A stretch of 64,000 bases of DNA from Bacteroidaceae bacterium (GCA_017472635.1 JAFUPU010000027.1:567-64566); one strand, 5' to 3'. Counted from the first letter of the stretch, positions 38,551-50,163 are shown. Program-made: numbers and translations. Notes: generated by a model not told the origin, from the letters alone.

Positions 38551-38940
38551 ATGACAAAAAACAAATTTTGTATCGAATACATGATGAACACTGCCTCCCA
38601 ACCCATCATTTGGGAAGCAATCAGCACCCCCTTAGGGCTGCAAAGTTGGTTGGCTGAGGAAGTTACAGCAGAAGAGAAAATATACACTTTCCGATGGAGC
38701 GAAGACGAAGTCAAGCAAGCAGAGCTCACCCATTCGCGCAACGGCTCATTCGTGCGCTTCCACTGGTTGGAAGACGAAGACCCGAAAAGCTATTTTGAAT
38801 TCCGCATCAACCAAAACGAACTGACCGGCGACTACACCCTATTAGTGACCGATTTTGCCGAAAACGCAGAAGAAGAGGAAGAACTGAGAGAATTGTGGGA
38901 TTTTGAGGTGAACATACTACAACGCAATTGCGGCATATAA
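38551..38940 (+). CDS. START-like (SRPBCC superfamily) domain protein
   Basis: IIWEAISTPLGLQSWLAEEV, VRFHW, LLVTDFAE; ATG at 38551; typical Bacteroidetes gene upstream of lptF. Confidence 0.8.
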   Translation: MTKNKFCIEYMMNTASQPIIWEAISTPLGLQSWLAEEVTAEEKIYTFRWSEDEVKQAELTHSRNGSFVRFHWLEDEDPKSYFEFRINQNELTGDYTLLVTDFAENAEEEEELRELWDFEVNILQRNCGI

Positions 38941-39066
38941 AAAAGTACCCCTTTATAACAACCGGCAATGTCGAAATTCGACAAACGAATTGTCTTTTTT
39001 AAGATTAGACCCCTATATTTTCTATAAAAATAATAAAAACATAGGGGTATAATACTCTTTTTATCG

Positions 39067-39074
39067 TAACTTTG
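39067..39074 (+). promoter_or_regulatory. -7 promoter element upstream of lptF/G
   Basis: TAACTTTG. Confidence 0.6.
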
Positions 39075-39112
39075 CAGCGCAAATAGTTTGCCCACATACG
39101 ATAACAACCCAC

Positions 39113-40999
39113 ATGTTTCGCATAAAGAAGTTAGATATATTCATCATAAAGAGTTTTGCCCTGCTTTTGACAGGCACCTTTTTCATCTGCCTTTTCATCT
39201 TCATGATGCAGTTCCTGTGGAGATATGTGGACGAGCTGGTGGGAAAGGGTCTTGAGATGAGCGTCCTCGCCCAATTCTTTTTCTACTCGGGAGTCACCCT
39301 TATCCCCATGTCACTCCCATTAGCCATCTTATTGGCAACCCTTATCACTTTCGGAAATTTTGGCGAGCGATGCGAATTGCTGGCGATGAAAGCCGCAGGC
39401 ATATCCCTGATAAAGGTGATGCGCCCACTCATCATCCTGGTGACGCTGATAGCCGGACTCTCCTTTTACTTCCAAAACGTAGTGGGTCCCCAAGCCACCG
39501 TAAAGCTCTATGCCCTGATATTCTCAATGAAGCAGAAATCACCCGAACTGGACATTCCGGAAGGGGTTTTCTATGACCAGATAGAGGGATACAACATCTA
39601 CGTGAAAGAGAAAGACAAGCAAAGCGGCATGTTGCGCGAAGTGATGATTTACAACTTTTCTGACGGATTTGAAGATGCCCACATCATCGTTGCCGACTCG
39701 GGACGAATGGAGATGACCGCCGACAAAAGGTACCTGCAACTGCACCTCTACAACGGTGAACAATTTGAGAACCTGCGCTCGCAAAACACACGCTCGAGAA
39801 ATGTGCCCTACCGCCGTGAGACCTTCCGCGAAAAACATTCGCTGATAGAGTTTGATGCCAACTTCAACGTGATGGATGCCGGATTGCTCAGCAACCAGTC
39901 GGCAAGCAAGAACATGGCAGAGCTGAAACACAGCATCGACTCGATGGCTACAGAGACTGACAGCATCGGCAGAAGCTATTATGCCGATGCCAAAGAACGG
40001 GTATATCGTCCTGTCAAGCTCAATGCAGCAGATTCTACCCGCCTGGAAAAGAGCCAAGTCCCCATCAACATAGACAGTCTTTTCCGTGCACAAAGCCTGA
40101 GCAAACGCGAAAACCTGTTGCAATCAGCCCTCACCCGGGTGCAGACACAAAGTTCAGACTTGAGCATGAAATCGTTTGCCACAAGCGATGGAGACAAAAA
40201 GATACGCCGGCACTGGAAAGACTGGTGGACGAAAATCACCCTGTCACTGGCTTGCATCCTCTTCTTCTTCATCGGAGCACCGTTGGGTGCCATCATCCGA
40301 AAAGGAGGACTGGGAATGCCGGTAATCATCTCGGTTGTATTGTTTATCTTCTACTATGTCATCGACAACACAAGCACCAAGATGGCACGCGAAGGAGAAC
40401 TACAGATGTGGTTTGGCATGTGGATAAGTACCCTGATACTTGCCCCCTTGGGAGCCTTCCTCACCTACAAAGCGAACAACGACTCGGTGGTATTCAACAT
40501 GGATGTCTACAAGAACTTCTTCATGAAGCTGTTCGGCTTACGCGCCAAACGCCATATATTCAAGAAGGAGGTCATCATCGAAGACCCCGACTACCCACGC
40601 GTCAGCCAACGATTGGAAAGCTTGATTGCTACCAGCAGGGAGTATGCACAAAGCAAGCGGTTTAACCGCCCGCCCAACTATTTCAAGATATTCACAAACA
40701 ACAGCATCGACCACGTCATACACGACCTCAACCTCGAGTTGGAGTCGATAATCGAAGAACTATCGAACAGCAAAGACGGAGTCATCTTGAACACGTTGAA
40801 CAACTACCCCATCCTGTCGACCAATGCCCACAAGAGTCCCTCAAGATTCCTTTGGGTGAACATCCTGATAGGTTTGATAATACCCGTCGGATTGATTTTC
40901 TATTTCCGCATATGGTTTTTCGGACTCAGGTTAGACAAAGACTTGAAGGAAATTGTGAAAACAAGTGATGAGATAAGAACAAGAATCGAACAATTGTAA
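39113..40999 (+). CDS. LptF/LptG family LPS export permease
   Basis: [57 protein letters not shown]. Confidence 0.9.
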   Translation: MFRIKKLDIFIIKSFALLLTGTFFICLFIFMMQFLWRYVDELVGKGLEMSVLAQFFFYSGVTLIPMSLPLAILLATLITFGNFGERCELLAMKAAGISLIKVMRPLIILVTLIAGLSFYFQNVVGPQATVKLYALIFSMKQKSPELDIPEGVFYDQIEGYNIYVKEKDKQSGMLREVMIYNFSDGFEDAHIIVADSGRMEMTADKRYLQLHLYNGEQFENLRSQNTRSRNVPYRRETFREKHSLIEFDANFNVMDAGLLSNQSASKNMAELKHSIDSMATETDSIGRSYYADAKERVYRPVKLNAADSTRLEKSQVPINIDSLFRAQSLSKRENLLQSALTRVQTQSSDLSMKSFATSDGDKKIRRHWKDWWTKITLSLACILFFFIGAPLGAIIRKGGLGMPVIISVVLFIFYYVIDNTSTKMAREGELQMWFGMWISTLILAPLGAFLTYKANNDSVVFNMDVYKNFFMKLFGLRAKRHIFKKEVIIEDPDYPRVSQRLESLIATSREYAQSKRFNRPPNYFKIFTNNSIDHVIHDLNLELESIIEELSNSKDGVILNTLNNYPILSTNAHKSPSRFLWVNILIGLIIPVGLIFYFRIWFFGLRLDKDLKEIVKTSDEIRTRIEQL

Positions 41000-41028
41000 T
41001 CGCATTCAACAAGAACATATTATATATA

Positions 41029-42243
41029 ATGGATACATTCAAACTGAACACTATCGAAGAAGCTATCGATGATTTCCGCGAAGGGAAGTTCCTCATCGTC
41101 GTAGACGACGAGGACCGTGAGAATGAAGGAGACTTCATCATTGCCGCGGAAAAAATCACTCCCGAGAAAGTAAACTTCATGGTCACCCATGGACGCGGTG
41201 TGTTGTGTGCCCCCCTTCCCCTATCGAGATGCGAAGAGCTGGAGCTGCAACACCAAGTGAGCAACAACACATCCATATTAGGAACCCCCTTCACGATAAC
41301 GGTAGACAAACTTGAAGGGTGTACAACCGGTGTATCAGCAGCAGACCGAGCTGCCACCATACAGGCATTGGCTGACCCGACATCGACCCCCGCCACATTC
41401 GGAAGACCGGGACATATCAGCCCTCTTTATGCCCAAGACAAGGGAGTGCTCCGTCGTGCCGGACATACCGAGGCAGCCATCGACCTTGCCCGACTGGCAG
41501 GACTCCGCCCAGCTGCCGCCCTTATTGAAATAATGAACGAAGACGGCACCATGGCACGAATGCCCCAACTGCAACAAGTAGCCAAAGAGTTCGGCATCAA
41601 AATTATAACCATACGCGACTTGATTGCCTACCGCCTACAACAAGAATCGATGGTAGAGAGAGGAGTAGAAGTCAACATGCCTACCGAACACGGACACTTC
41701 AGACTAATTCCCTTCCAACAAAAGTCTAACGGACTGGAACACATGGCACTGATAAAAGGCACATGGAATGAAGACGAACCCATATTGGTGCGCGTACACT
41801 CTTCTTGCGCAACAGGAGACATTTTAGGTTCGTGCAGGTGCGATTGTGGTGCGCAACTGCATCAAGCCATGGAGATGATAGAGAAAGAGGGGAAAGGCGT
41901 CATCGTATATCTGAACCAAGAGGGACGAGGCATCGGATTGATGAATAAGATGCGCGCCTACAAGCTACAGGAAGAGGGCTATGACACCGTAGATGCCAAC
42001 CTGTGTTTAGGATTCAAGGCAGACGAACGAGACTATGGAGTTGGAGCTGAAATCCTACGCTCTATCGGAGTACACCGTATGAAACTGTTGACAAACAATC
42101 CGGTAAAACGCATTGGATTGGAAGCATACGGATTGACAATTCAAGAAATCGTACCCATAGAAATAGCGCCCAACCAATACAACGTGCGCTATCTGAAGAC
42201 CAAACAAGACCGCATGGGACACACGTTACACTTCGAAGACTAA
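41029..42243 (+). CDS. ribBA: Bifunctional DHBP synthase / GTP cyclohydrolase II
   Basis: [55 protein letters not shown]. Confidence 0.96.
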   Translation: MDTFKLNTIEEAIDDFREGKFLIVVDDEDRENEGDFIIAAEKITPEKVNFMVTHGRGVLCAPLPLSRCEELELQHQVSNNTSILGTPFTITVDKLEGCTTGVSAADRAATIQALADPTSTPATFGRPGHISPLYAQDKGVLRRAGHTEAAIDLARLAGLRPAAALIEIMNEDGTMARMPQLQQVAKEFGIKIITIRDLIAYRLQQESMVERGVEVNMPTEHGHFRLIPFQQKSNGLEHMALIKGTWNEDEPILVRVHSSCATGDILGSCRCDCGAQLHQAMEMIEKEGKGVIVYLNQEGRGIGLMNKMRAYKLQEEGYDTVDANLCLGFKADERDYGVGAEILRSIGVHRMKLLTNNPVKRIGLEAYGLTIQEIVPIEIAPNQYNVRYLKTKQDRMGHTLHFED

Positions 42244-42298
42244 GTCTCTGCGGAAAGTTACTAATAAAATTAAGGGAAATAACAATAAACGCATACAT

Positions 42299-43492
42299 AT
42301 GAACGAACTATCACAACGCCTGCAACGTCTCTCACCATCAGAGACGCTTGCCATGTCACAAAAGAGCAATGAACTTAAAGCTCAAGGTATCGATGTCATC
42401 AATCTTAGCGTCGGAGAACCAGACTTCAACACACCCGACCACATCAAAGAAGCAGCCAAACAGGCTGTAGATGAAAACTTTTCACGCTACTCACCCGTGC
42501 CGGGATATCCGGCTTTGCGCAATGCCATCGTTGCAAAACTGAAGAACGAAAACAATCTTGAGTATACGCCTGAGCAGATTTCGTGTTCAAATGGAGCCAA
42601 ACAATCGGTATGCAACGTCATCATGACATTAGTTGGTGAAGGAGACGAAGTAATCGTACCCGCCCCATATTGGGTGAGCTACCCTGAAATGGTTAAACTG
42701 GCAGACGGAACTCCCGTTATCATCAGCGCCGGAATTGAACAAGATTTCAAGATTACCCCCTCCCAACTTGAAGCTGCCATCACTCCAAAAACAAAAGCAC
42801 TGATACTTTGCTCGCCTTCAAACCCCACCGGTTCGGTATACAGCAAAGAAGAGTTGGCAGGACTTGCCGCTGTATTGGCAAAACATCCACAAATATACGT
42901 CATTGCTGATGAAATATATGAGCATATCAACTACATCGGCAAACACCAAAGCATAGCCCAATTCCCCGAAGTACGCGACAATGTGGTGATTGTAAACGGA
43001 GTTTCTAAAGCTTATGCAATGACCGGATGGAGAATCGGATTCATTGCCGGTCCTACATGGATTGTCAAAGCATGCAACAAGTTGCAAGGACAATACACCT
43101 CAGGTCCCTGCTCGGTTTCATAAAAAGCCGCAGAAGCCGCCTACACCGGCACACAAGCCCCTGTAGAAGAGATGCGCCAAGCATTTGAGCGCCGCAGAAA
43201 CTTGATTGTCGAGCTGGCAAAAGATATCCCCGGTTTCGAGGTAAACATACCACAAGGAGCATTCTACCTATTCCCCAAATGTGACTCTTACTTCGGAAAA
43301 AGTTATAACGGAAAGAGTATCAACAACGCAGCTGACCTCGCAATGTTTTTACTCGAAGTCGGACATGTTGCCTGCGTTGGAGGAGGAGCATTCGGAAGTC
43401 CGGAGTGCATCCGCATGAGCTATGCCACTTCTGACGAAAATATTGTAGAAGCTATGAGACGCATCAAAGAGACACTATCTCTCTTAAAATAA
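42299..43492 (+). CDS. aspC: Class I/II PLP aminotransferase (aspartate aminotransferase-like), interrupted by an in-frame TAA at 43121-43123
   Basis: GEPDFNTP, CSPSNPTG, DEIYEHI, SKAYAMTGWRIG. The downstream ORF 43172-43492 is in the same frame (PQGAFYLF, CIRMSYA); 397 codons in total. Confidence 0.85.
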
Positions 43493-43504
43493 CCGCATTA
43501 AATA

Positions 43505-43560
43505 GCGAGAACCTGAAAAGGGCGTGCTTAAAATAGAGCATGCCCTTTTTAAGTTCTCGC
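43505..43560 (+). terminator. Long hairpin terminator after the aminotransferase
   Basis: GCGAGAAC..AAAAGGGCGTGCT / AGCATGCCCTTTT..GTTCTCGC. Confidence 0.7.
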
Positions 43561-43646
43561 ATCGTTGTCTTAACGACCCATCAACTACTACTATATGACT
43601 TACTTCTACGGATAATACACCACCAACTTATTTTAATTATCAAAAA

Positions 43647-43678
43647 TTTGGCAGTTGATGAAAAAGGTTGTATTTTTG
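43647..43678 (+). promoter_or_regulatory. Bacteroidetes -33/-7 promoter for the amidase-ior cluster
   Basis: TTTG (43647-43650), 20-nt spacer, TATTTTTG (43671-43678). Confidence 0.65.
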
Positions 43679-43707
43679 TAAGAAATTCAAATACCATATT
43701 CAAATCA

Positions 43708-44472
43708 ATGAAAACTGTCATTCTACAACAAGATATCAGTTGGGGAAATCCTGTAGAGAATCACCACCGATGTGAAACTGCATTTGCACGACAACCAGAG
43801 GCTGACTTATATGTATTACCCGAGATGTTCAGCACGGGGTTCTGTACCAATCCCAAAGGTATAGCCGAGGCAAACAACGCTTCATTGGAGTGGATGAAGC
43901 AACAAGCCAATCTTCGTAATGCCGCCATTGCAGGTAGTGTTGCCACCGAAATGGACGGACAATTTTATAATCGTTTCTATTTTGTAAAACCCGGAGGCGA
44001 GGTTACCTACTACGACAAAAAACACCTTTTCACATATGGCGGAGAGCACTTACATTTTACTCCTGGAGAAAAACGGGTCGTTGTGGAATGGCGCGGTGTA
44101 CGCATTTTGCTAGAAGTCTGCTATGATTTGCGTTTTCCCATTTGGGCACGCAACCGAGGAGACTATGACATGATTCTCTATGTGGCCAGTTGGCCTACCC
44201 CAAGAATTGAAGCATGGAATGCCTTACTTATTGCCCGCGCCATTGAGAACCAATGTTATGTAGCCGGCGTAAACAGAGTGGGCATTGACCCATCTTGTGA
44301 ATACTGCGGTGGAAGTGTTATCATTGACCCTTATGGAAAAACCATTGCAGCTTGCCAACATGGCAAAGTGAGTGAAGTTTCTGCAACTATAGACATGGAG
44401 AAGTTGGAACTCTTCCGAAAAAAATTTCCTGTACTAAATGATGCAGATTCAGCCAATATAATAAAAGAATAA
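43708..44472 (+). CDS. Nitrilase-superfamily amidohydrolase (omega-amidase YafV/Nit2-like)
   Basis: Catalytic E-K-C motifs LPEMFSTGF, YDKKHLF, VCYDLRFP; ARAIENQCYV; start MKTVILQ downstream of the promoter. Confidence 0.88.
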   Translation: MKTVILQQDISWGNPVENHHRCETAFARQPEADLYVLPEMFSTGFCTNPKGIAEANNASLEWMKQQANLRNAAIAGSVATEMDGQFYNRFYFVKPGGEVTYYDKKHLFTYGGEHLHFTPGEKRVVVEWRGVRILLEVCYDLRFPIWARNRGDYDMILYVASWPTPRIEAWNALLIARAIENQCYVAGVNRVGIDPSCEYCGGSVIIDPYGKTIAACQHGKVSEVSATIDMEKLELFRKKFPVLNDADSANIIKE

Positions 44473-44519
44473 AAGGAGGGCAAAAAGAGCACGCTCATTT
44501 ACTCCATAAAAAAACATAT

Positions 44520-46181
44520 ATGATTGAAAGAAAACTACTTTTGGGTGACGAGGCAATTGCTTTAGGAGCCATACACGCTGGTATCAGCGGTGTGTACGCT
44601 TATCCTGGCACCCCCTCTACTGAAATTACTGAATATATTCAGGCACATGCACCTGAAGTGCGGAGCCGTTGGTGCACTAACGAGAAGACCGCTATGGAAG
44701 CAGCATTAGGTATGGCTTATGCCGGCAAGCGCGCACTAGTGTGTATGAAACATGTAGGTATGAACGTAGCAGCCGATGCATTTATCAACTCTGCCATCAC
44801 AGGCGTAAACGGAGGACTGGTAGTACTGGCGGCAGACGACCCTTCTATGCATTCATCGCAAAACGAGCAGGACTCGCGCTTCTATGGAAAATTTGCGATG
44901 ATTCCTATCCTTGAACCTTCTACGCAACAAGAGGCTTACGACATGATGGCATATGCCTACGAACTTTCAGAACGGCTGAAACTACCCATACTGATGCGTG
45001 TGGTAACCCGGTTGGCGCATTCGCGTGCAGGTGTAGTTGTAAAAGAACCCATAAAACAAAATGCATTAAACCCCGAGACTGACCGTACCCATTGGGTGCT
45101 TCTGCCAGTCAATGCACGCAGACAATATGCCTCATTGGTGGACAAACAAGGAGAATTGCTTGCTTCATCAGAAGCATCGCCTTATAACAGTTGCAAGCAA
45201 CAAATCGGAAGTGACAAATCAGGTACTACAAGTCACGAAAACCAGGCAAACATAGAAGTCACCACTCATAAATCGTCTTCTACGTCCCCTGTAGGTGTCA
45301 TCGCCTGTGGCATTGCCCATAACTATGTAATGGAAAACATCACAACAGGAATGGACATTCCGATTTTAAAAATATCACAGTATCCATTACCGGAAACCGC
45401 CATCAAGTCGTTGGCAACACAATGTGAGTCCTTGCTCATTGCAGAAGACGGACAACCATTGGTAGAAGAACAAGTGAAAAGTCTGTTGGGCACCGACTAC
45501 CCTATCAAAGGGCGCTTGACAGGGGAACTTCCACGCATGGGCGAACTCACTCCTGATAATGTGGGAGCTGCCTTAGGCGTCAATAAAGAACAGATTTATG
45601 CAACCGCACAAAATGTAATGCCACGCCCGCCTGCCCTTTGCCAAGGATGTGGTCACCGCGATGTGTATGATGCGCTGAACAAGGTGGCGGCAGAATATGA
45701 AGGTGCACGCATTTTTGGTGACATAGGATGTTATACATTAGGTGCATTACCGCCTTTCCGAGCCATCGACAGTTGCGTGGATATGGGAGCTTCCATCACT
45801 ATGGCAAAAGGAGCTGCAGACGCTGGTGTATATCCTGCTATAGCTGTGATTGGCGACTCCACTTTCACCCATTCAGGTATGACCGGCTTACTGGATGCTA
45901 TCAACGACAATGCAAACATCACCGTTATCATCTCTGACAACTTAACTACCGCCATGACAGGTGGACAAGACTCTGCCGGCACCAACAAGTTCGAAGCCAT
46001 CTGTTTAGGTCTTGGTCTGACACCCGAGCACGTGAGAGTTGTCGTACCATTACCCAAGAATATGGAGGAGATAACCCGCGTTATCCGCGAAGAGATTGAA
46101 TACAAAGGCGTATCTGTCATCATTCCCCGACGCGAATGCATGCAGACTTTCCAACGAAAATTGAGAAACAAGAAGAAGTAA
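44520..46181 (+). CDS. iorA: Indolepyruvate ferredoxin oxidoreductase alpha subunit
   Basis: AYPGTPSTEI, NEKTAMEAA, MKHVGMNVAAD, ADDPSMHSSQNEQD, DIGCYTLG, TPP motif GDSTF...DN. Confidence 0.93.
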   Translation: MIERKLLLGDEAIALGAIHAGISGVYAYPGTPSTEITEYIQAHAPEVRSRWCTNEKTAMEAALGMAYAGKRALVCMKHVGMNVAADAFINSAITGVNGGLVVLAADDPSMHSSQNEQDSRFYGKFAMIPILEPSTQQEAYDMMAYAYELSERLKLPILMRVVTRLAHSRAGVVVKEPIKQNALNPETDRTHWVLLPVNARRQYASLVDKQGELLASSEASPYNSCKQQIGSDKSGTTSHENQANIEVTTHKSSSTSPVGVIACGIAHNYVMENITTGMDIPILKISQYPLPETAIKSLATQCESLLIAEDGQPLVEEQVKSLLGTDYPIKGRLTGELPRMGELTPDNVGAALGVNKEQIYATAQNVMPRPPALCQGCGHRDVYDALNKVAAEYEGARIFGDIGCYTLGALPPFRAIDSCVDMGASITMAKGAADAGVYPAIAVIGDSTFTHSGMTGLLDAINDNANITVIISDNLTTAMTGGQDSAGTNKFEAICLGLGLTPEHVRVVVPLPKNMEEITRVIREEIEYKGVSVIIPRRECMQTFQRKLRNKKK

Positions 46182-46182
46182 C

Positions 46183-46758
46183 ATGAAAAAAGACATCATA
46201 CTTGCCGGTGTGGGAGGACAAGGAATCCTCACCATTGCCACCATCATTGGCGACGCCGCCACTGCTGCAAACCTTAATTTGAAACAGGCTGAAGTACATG
46301 GCATGAGCCAACGTGGAGGAGACGTTCAGTCAAACTTACGTCTCTCTACCGAAACCATCTACTCAGACCTCATCAAACAAGGGGCTGCAGACCTCATTAT
46401 TTCAATGGAGCCAATGGAAGCATTGCGCTATATTCCTTATATTAATAAGGATAGTTGGATTGTGACTTCTTCACACACATTCAAAAACATCTCCAACTAT
46501 CCACAGGAAGAGAGTTTAATGGAAGAGTTGACCAATTTCCCACACGTTGCAATACTTCCCATCGAAGATGTAGCCAAAGAAAACAGTTTACCCAAAAGTG
46601 CAAACGTCATCCTATTAGGAATGGCTGCCAAATACATAGAAATTCTTAGCCCTGAACAGTTACGAGAAAGTATTTCCCGTGTATTTGCCAGCAAAGGCGA
46701 AAAAATAGTAGAAGCCAACCTGAGGGCATTCGACTTAGGTCTGCAAGCAGTAAAATAG
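46183..46758 (+). CDS. iorB: Indolepyruvate oxidoreductase beta subunit
   Basis: AGVGGQGIL, AEVHGMSQRGGDV, EPMEALR. Confidence 0.93.
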   Translation: MKKDIILAGVGGQGILTIATIIGDAATAANLNLKQAEVHGMSQRGGDVQSNLRLSTETIYSDLIKQGAADLIISMEPMEALRYIPYINKDSWIVTSSHTFKNISNYPQEESLMEELTNFPHVAILPIEDVAKENSLPKSANVILLGMAAKYIEILSPEQLRESISRVFASKGEKIVEANLRAFDLGLQAVK

Positions 46759-46764
46759 ACTACG

Positions 46765-48075
46765 ATGAAGATATTCAGTGAGGAATTAGTAGAAAAGGCA
46801 GCTCAAGCATGTCATGTTGCTGACCTTTCGCAAGCAACCATTGGCGAAGTGTTGTTGGTTGCCCAATATTTAGAGAAAGAGACAGGCATCCCTTTTATCC
46901 GTATGGATCAAGGTTCACCAGGACTACCAATCAATCAACTGGGAGTAGAGGCTGAGAAAGCGGCTCTCGACCGTGGCGTAGGGGCTCAATATCCTGCCGC
47001 TGCAGGTGTACCTGAACTGAAAGAAGCAGCTTCACGTTTTGTAAAAGCGTTCCTTGATATAGATATTTCTCCCCGTTCATGTGTCCCTACAGTAGGTAGT
47101 GTAGCCGGTTCGTTCGGTTCTTTCATTGCTTGTACTCAACGCTTGCCGGGAAAGAACAAAGTACTCTTCATCGACCCGGGATTTCCCATCCAAAAATCAC
47201 AATTGAGAGTAATTGGTGTAGAGTGGGTGGAATTTGACATTTACCCATATCGTGGTGAAGCACTAAGAGATAAACTGGAAGAGATGTTGCAAGCCAAAGA
47301 CATTGCAGCTATCATCTATTCCAATCCTAACAATCCTGCATGGATATGCTTGGAAGAGGAAGAACTTGCTATCATTGGTGAGTTAGCGACAAAGTACGAC
47401 GTCATTGTGATGGAAGATTTGGCATACTTTTGCATGGATTTCCGGCGGGATTTGGGACATCCTTTCGAACCTCCATATCCACCAACGGTTGCCAAATATA
47501 CAGACAACTACATCCTGATGCTTTCATCTTCAAAAATATTCAGTTATGCCGGACAACGTATGGCACTTACTTGCATCAGCGACCGACTCTTTGAGCGTCA
47601 TTACCCAGCCCTTGCCGAAAGGTATAAAGATGCAGGTGTGTTTGGACAAACATTGATAGCATCTATCCTTTATATGATAACTTCAGGTTGTACGGCTTCG
47701 ACACAATATGCATACGCAGAAATGCTCCGCCTATCCACTGAGGGAAAAATCAACTTTGTAGAGGAAACTCGTGAATATGCAATACGAGCTGAAAAGATGA
47801 AAAGAATATTCACCAGCAACGGTTTCCATATTGTCTATGACTACGATGCGACCCAAGTGGTTGGCGATGGCTTCTTCTTCACCATCGGTTACGGAAAAAT
47901 GAGTGGAGGTGATTTATTGAAAGAGCTACTCTATTATGGTGTGAGCAGTATCAACCTTTCTACTACAGGTAGCAATCAGCAGGGAGTACGCGCTTGTACT
48001 TCGAGAATGAGAGAAGAACTTTATCCTGTAATGGAAGAACGAATGCGTGCTTTTCATGAAGACCATCGTTTGTGA
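46765..48075 (+). CDS. Class I/II PLP-dependent aminotransferase
   Basis: YSNPNNPAW, MEDLAY, SSSKIFSYAGQR (PLP lysine). Confidence 0.88.
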   Translation: MKIFSEELVEKAAQACHVADLSQATIGEVLLVAQYLEKETGIPFIRMDQGSPGLPINQLGVEAEKAALDRGVGAQYPAAAGVPELKEAASRFVKAFLDIDISPRSCVPTVGSVAGSFGSFIACTQRLPGKNKVLFIDPGFPIQKSQLRVIGVEWVEFDIYPYRGEALRDKLEEMLQAKDIAAIIYSNPNNPAWICLEEEELAIIGELATKYDVIVMEDLAYFCMDFRRDLGHPFEPPYPPTVAKYTDNYILMLSSSKIFSYAGQRMALTCISDRLFERHYPALAERYKDAGVFGQTLIASILYMITSGCTASTQYAYAEMLRLSTEGKINFVEETREYAIRAEKMKRIFTSNGFHIVYDYDATQVVGDGFFFTIGYGKMSGGDLLKELLYYGVSSINLSTTGSNQQGVRACTSRMREELYPVMEERMRAFHEDHRL

Positions 48076-48126
48076 AAGTTTTAGAATACAACTGACATAA
48101 TCATAAATTATAAAACATAAATCAGA

Positions 48127-49428
48127 ATGATTTGGAATCCTAACAAAGAATGTATGAGTCGCGACGAAATGCATGCGTTACAAAGCAAACGACTCCAAAA
48201 ATTGGTGACATACGTTTACCATAATGTTCCTTTTTACAGAAATAAGATGCAGGAGATGGACCTCTCACCCGAAGACATACGTAGCATCAACGATATTGTG
48301 AAACTGCCTTTCACAACCAAACAAGACTTGCGTGACAACTATCCATATGGTTTGCAAGCTGCTCCTCCCTCAGAGATTGTACGTGTACATGCCTCCAGTG
48401 GAACGACTGGTAATCCCACGATTGTAGGCTATACCCGTAAAGATTTGGCTGTATGGTCGGAGGTGATGGCACGATGCCTTACTGCTTATGGTGTAACTCG
48501 CAACGATACTTTTTCTGTAGCCTATGGTTATGGGCTGTTTACCGGTGGATTGGGGGCACATTATGGAGTAGAGAATATTGGTGCAACAGTGATTCCGACA
48601 TCGACAGGCAATACAGAAAAACATATTCGCCTTATCCGCGACTTAAAAATCAGCGGTATAGCATGTACACCCTCATACGCACTCTATTTAGCTGAAACAT
48701 TAGAAAAAATGGGATTAGGCAAAGAAGACATAGGTCTACGCATCGGAGCCTTTGGAGCTGAACCTTGGACTGAGAACATGCGCAAAGAAATTGAAGATCG
48801 TTTAGGATTAAAGGGGTATAACATCTATGGTCTAAGCGAAATCATGGGACCTGGTGTCTCTTACGAATGCCAAGAACAGAATGGCTCACATATCTGTGAA
48901 GATCACTTCTATCCTGAGATTATCAACCCCGATACGTTAGAACAATTACCTTATGGAACGCAAGGAGAGCTGGTGTTTACCACATTAACAAAGGAGGGGA
49001 TGCCCGTGTTGCGTTATCGCACTAAGGATCTCTGCACTCTGATGGAAGGAACTTGCGCCTGCGGACGTACAGCCGTAAGAATGGGGCGCATTGTCGGCAG
49101 AAGTGATGACATGCTTATAATTAGAGGCATTAACGTATTCCCATCACAGGTAGAAAGCGTTATTCTTGAGATGCCAGAGTTCGAACCACAATACATGCTC
49201 ATAGTTGACCGTGTAAACAACCTCGACACCTTGCAAGTTCAAGTCGAAGTACGCCGCGACTACTTCAGTGACGACATCGGCAGCATGTTGGCTATGAAAA
49301 AACGATTAAGCGACAAGCTAAAGAGTGTGCTTTCTATTGGAGCAGACGTAAAACTGATGGAACCGAATAGCATCGAGCGCAGTCAAGGCAAAGGCAAACA
49401 CGTGATAGACAACCGAAATCTGAAGTAA
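48127..49428 (+). CDS. paaK: Phenylacetate-CoA ligase family protein
   Basis: HASSGTTGNPT, YGYGLFTGGLG, GAEPWTE, YGLSEIMGPGV, RYRTKD, GRSDDMLIIRGINVFPSQ. Confidence 0.92.
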   Translation: MIWNPNKECMSRDEMHALQSKRLQKLVTYVYHNVPFYRNKMQEMDLSPEDIRSINDIVKLPFTTKQDLRDNYPYGLQAAPPSEIVRVHASSGTTGNPTIVGYTRKDLAVWSEVMARCLTAYGVTRNDTFSVAYGYGLFTGGLGAHYGVENIGATVIPTSTGNTEKHIRLIRDLKISGIACTPSYALYLAETLEKMGLGKEDIGLRIGAFGAEPWTENMRKEIEDRLGLKGYNIYGLSEIMGPGVSYECQEQNGSHICEDHFYPEIINPDTLEQLPYGTQGELVFTTLTKEGMPVLRYRTKDLCTLMEGTCACGRTAVRMGRIVGRSDDMLIIRGINVFPSQVESVILEMPEFEPQYMLIVDRVNNLDTLQVQVEVRRDYFSDDIGSMLAMKKRLSDKLKSVLSIGADVKLMEPNSIERSQGKGKHVIDNRNLK

Positions 49429-49446
49429 CTTTAAACCCATAACAAT

Positions 49447-49836
49447 ATGACAATCAAACAAGTATCCGTATTTCTTGAGAACAAGACCGGAAGAATCAAT
49501 AACGTAACCAAAGTTTTGGCAACCAATGGAATCAATATGCATGCATTCAGTATGGCTGAGACTACCGAATTCGGGATTCTACGTCTGATTGTTTCTGATG
49601 TAGAAAAAGCCGTAGAAGTTCTTCGGGGAGCAAACTTCGCTGTGATGCTGACTGATGTAATATGTATCTCTTGTCCCGACGTTACTGGTTCGCTGGCCGG
49701 AATCCTTGATCAGTTAGCAGAAGAAGAGATTTTCATTGAGTATATGTATGCCTTCGCCCAAGGTGAAAACGCCAATATAGTTATCCGACCTAACGATATC
49801 GCTAAATGCGAAAAAGTGCTAACAAAGATTCTGTAA
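49447..49836 (+). CDS. Tandem ACT domain protein
   Basis: KQVSVFLENKTGRI, FGILRLIVSD, IEYMYAF; usual partner of paaK. Confidence 0.88.
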   Translation: MTIKQVSVFLENKTGRINNVTKVLATNGINMHAFSMAETTEFGILRLIVSDVEKAVEVLRGANFAVMLTDVICISCPDVTGSLAGILDQLAEEEIFIEYMYAFAQGENANIVIRPNDIAKCEKVLTKIL

Positions 49837-49866
49837 TATATCAAGTGAAAGTATCTAATTTGTAAG

Positions 49867-49899
49867 AGACGTAAGTTTGTCAAACTTACGTCTTTTTTT
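49867..49899 (+). terminator. Intrinsic terminator of the ior-paaK operon
   Basis: AGACGTAAGTTTG-T-CAAACTTACGTCT followed by a T-run. Confidence 0.8.
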
Positions 49900-49941
49900 A
49901 TCAACTCTATACGATAATAATCCTTTTTTTAAAAAAGGCAT

Positions 49942-49967
49942 AAAAAAGAGCTGTGCAAGCACAGCTC
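49942..49967 (-). terminator. Intrinsic terminator of the ferredoxin gene
   Basis: GAGCTGTGC/GCACAGCTC stem plus A6 on the plus strand. Confidence 0.75.
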
Positions 49968-49995
49968 CATAAGTCATAAGTCAAGACCCCTAAAG

Positions 49996-50163
49996 TTATC
50001 CCAAGCTAATAGCTTCAGAAGGGCATGCGTCAGCGCAAGCACCACATTCAATACACTTGTCAGGATCAATAGAATACTTTTCACCCTCAGAGATAGCCTC
50101 AGAAGGACATTCGCTAATGCAAGAACCGCATGCGATACAATCGTCACTAATTACGTAAGCCAT
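49996..50163 (-). CDS. 2[4Fe-4S] ferredoxin (55 aa)
   Basis: Below the ORF-track cutoff; MAYVISDDCIACGSCISECPSEAISEGEKYSIDPDKCIECGACADACPSEAISLG has two CxxCxxCxxxCP motifs; -7 element TAAATTTG at 50205-50212. Confidence 0.95.
   Translation of the reverse strand: MAYVISDDCIACGSCISECPSEAISEGEKYSIDPDKCIECGACADACPSEAISLG

Noticed and set aside
43121-43123. Stop-codon reassignment or readthrough
   Set aside because: TAA terminates many intact genes in this window, and this is a single isolated instance.
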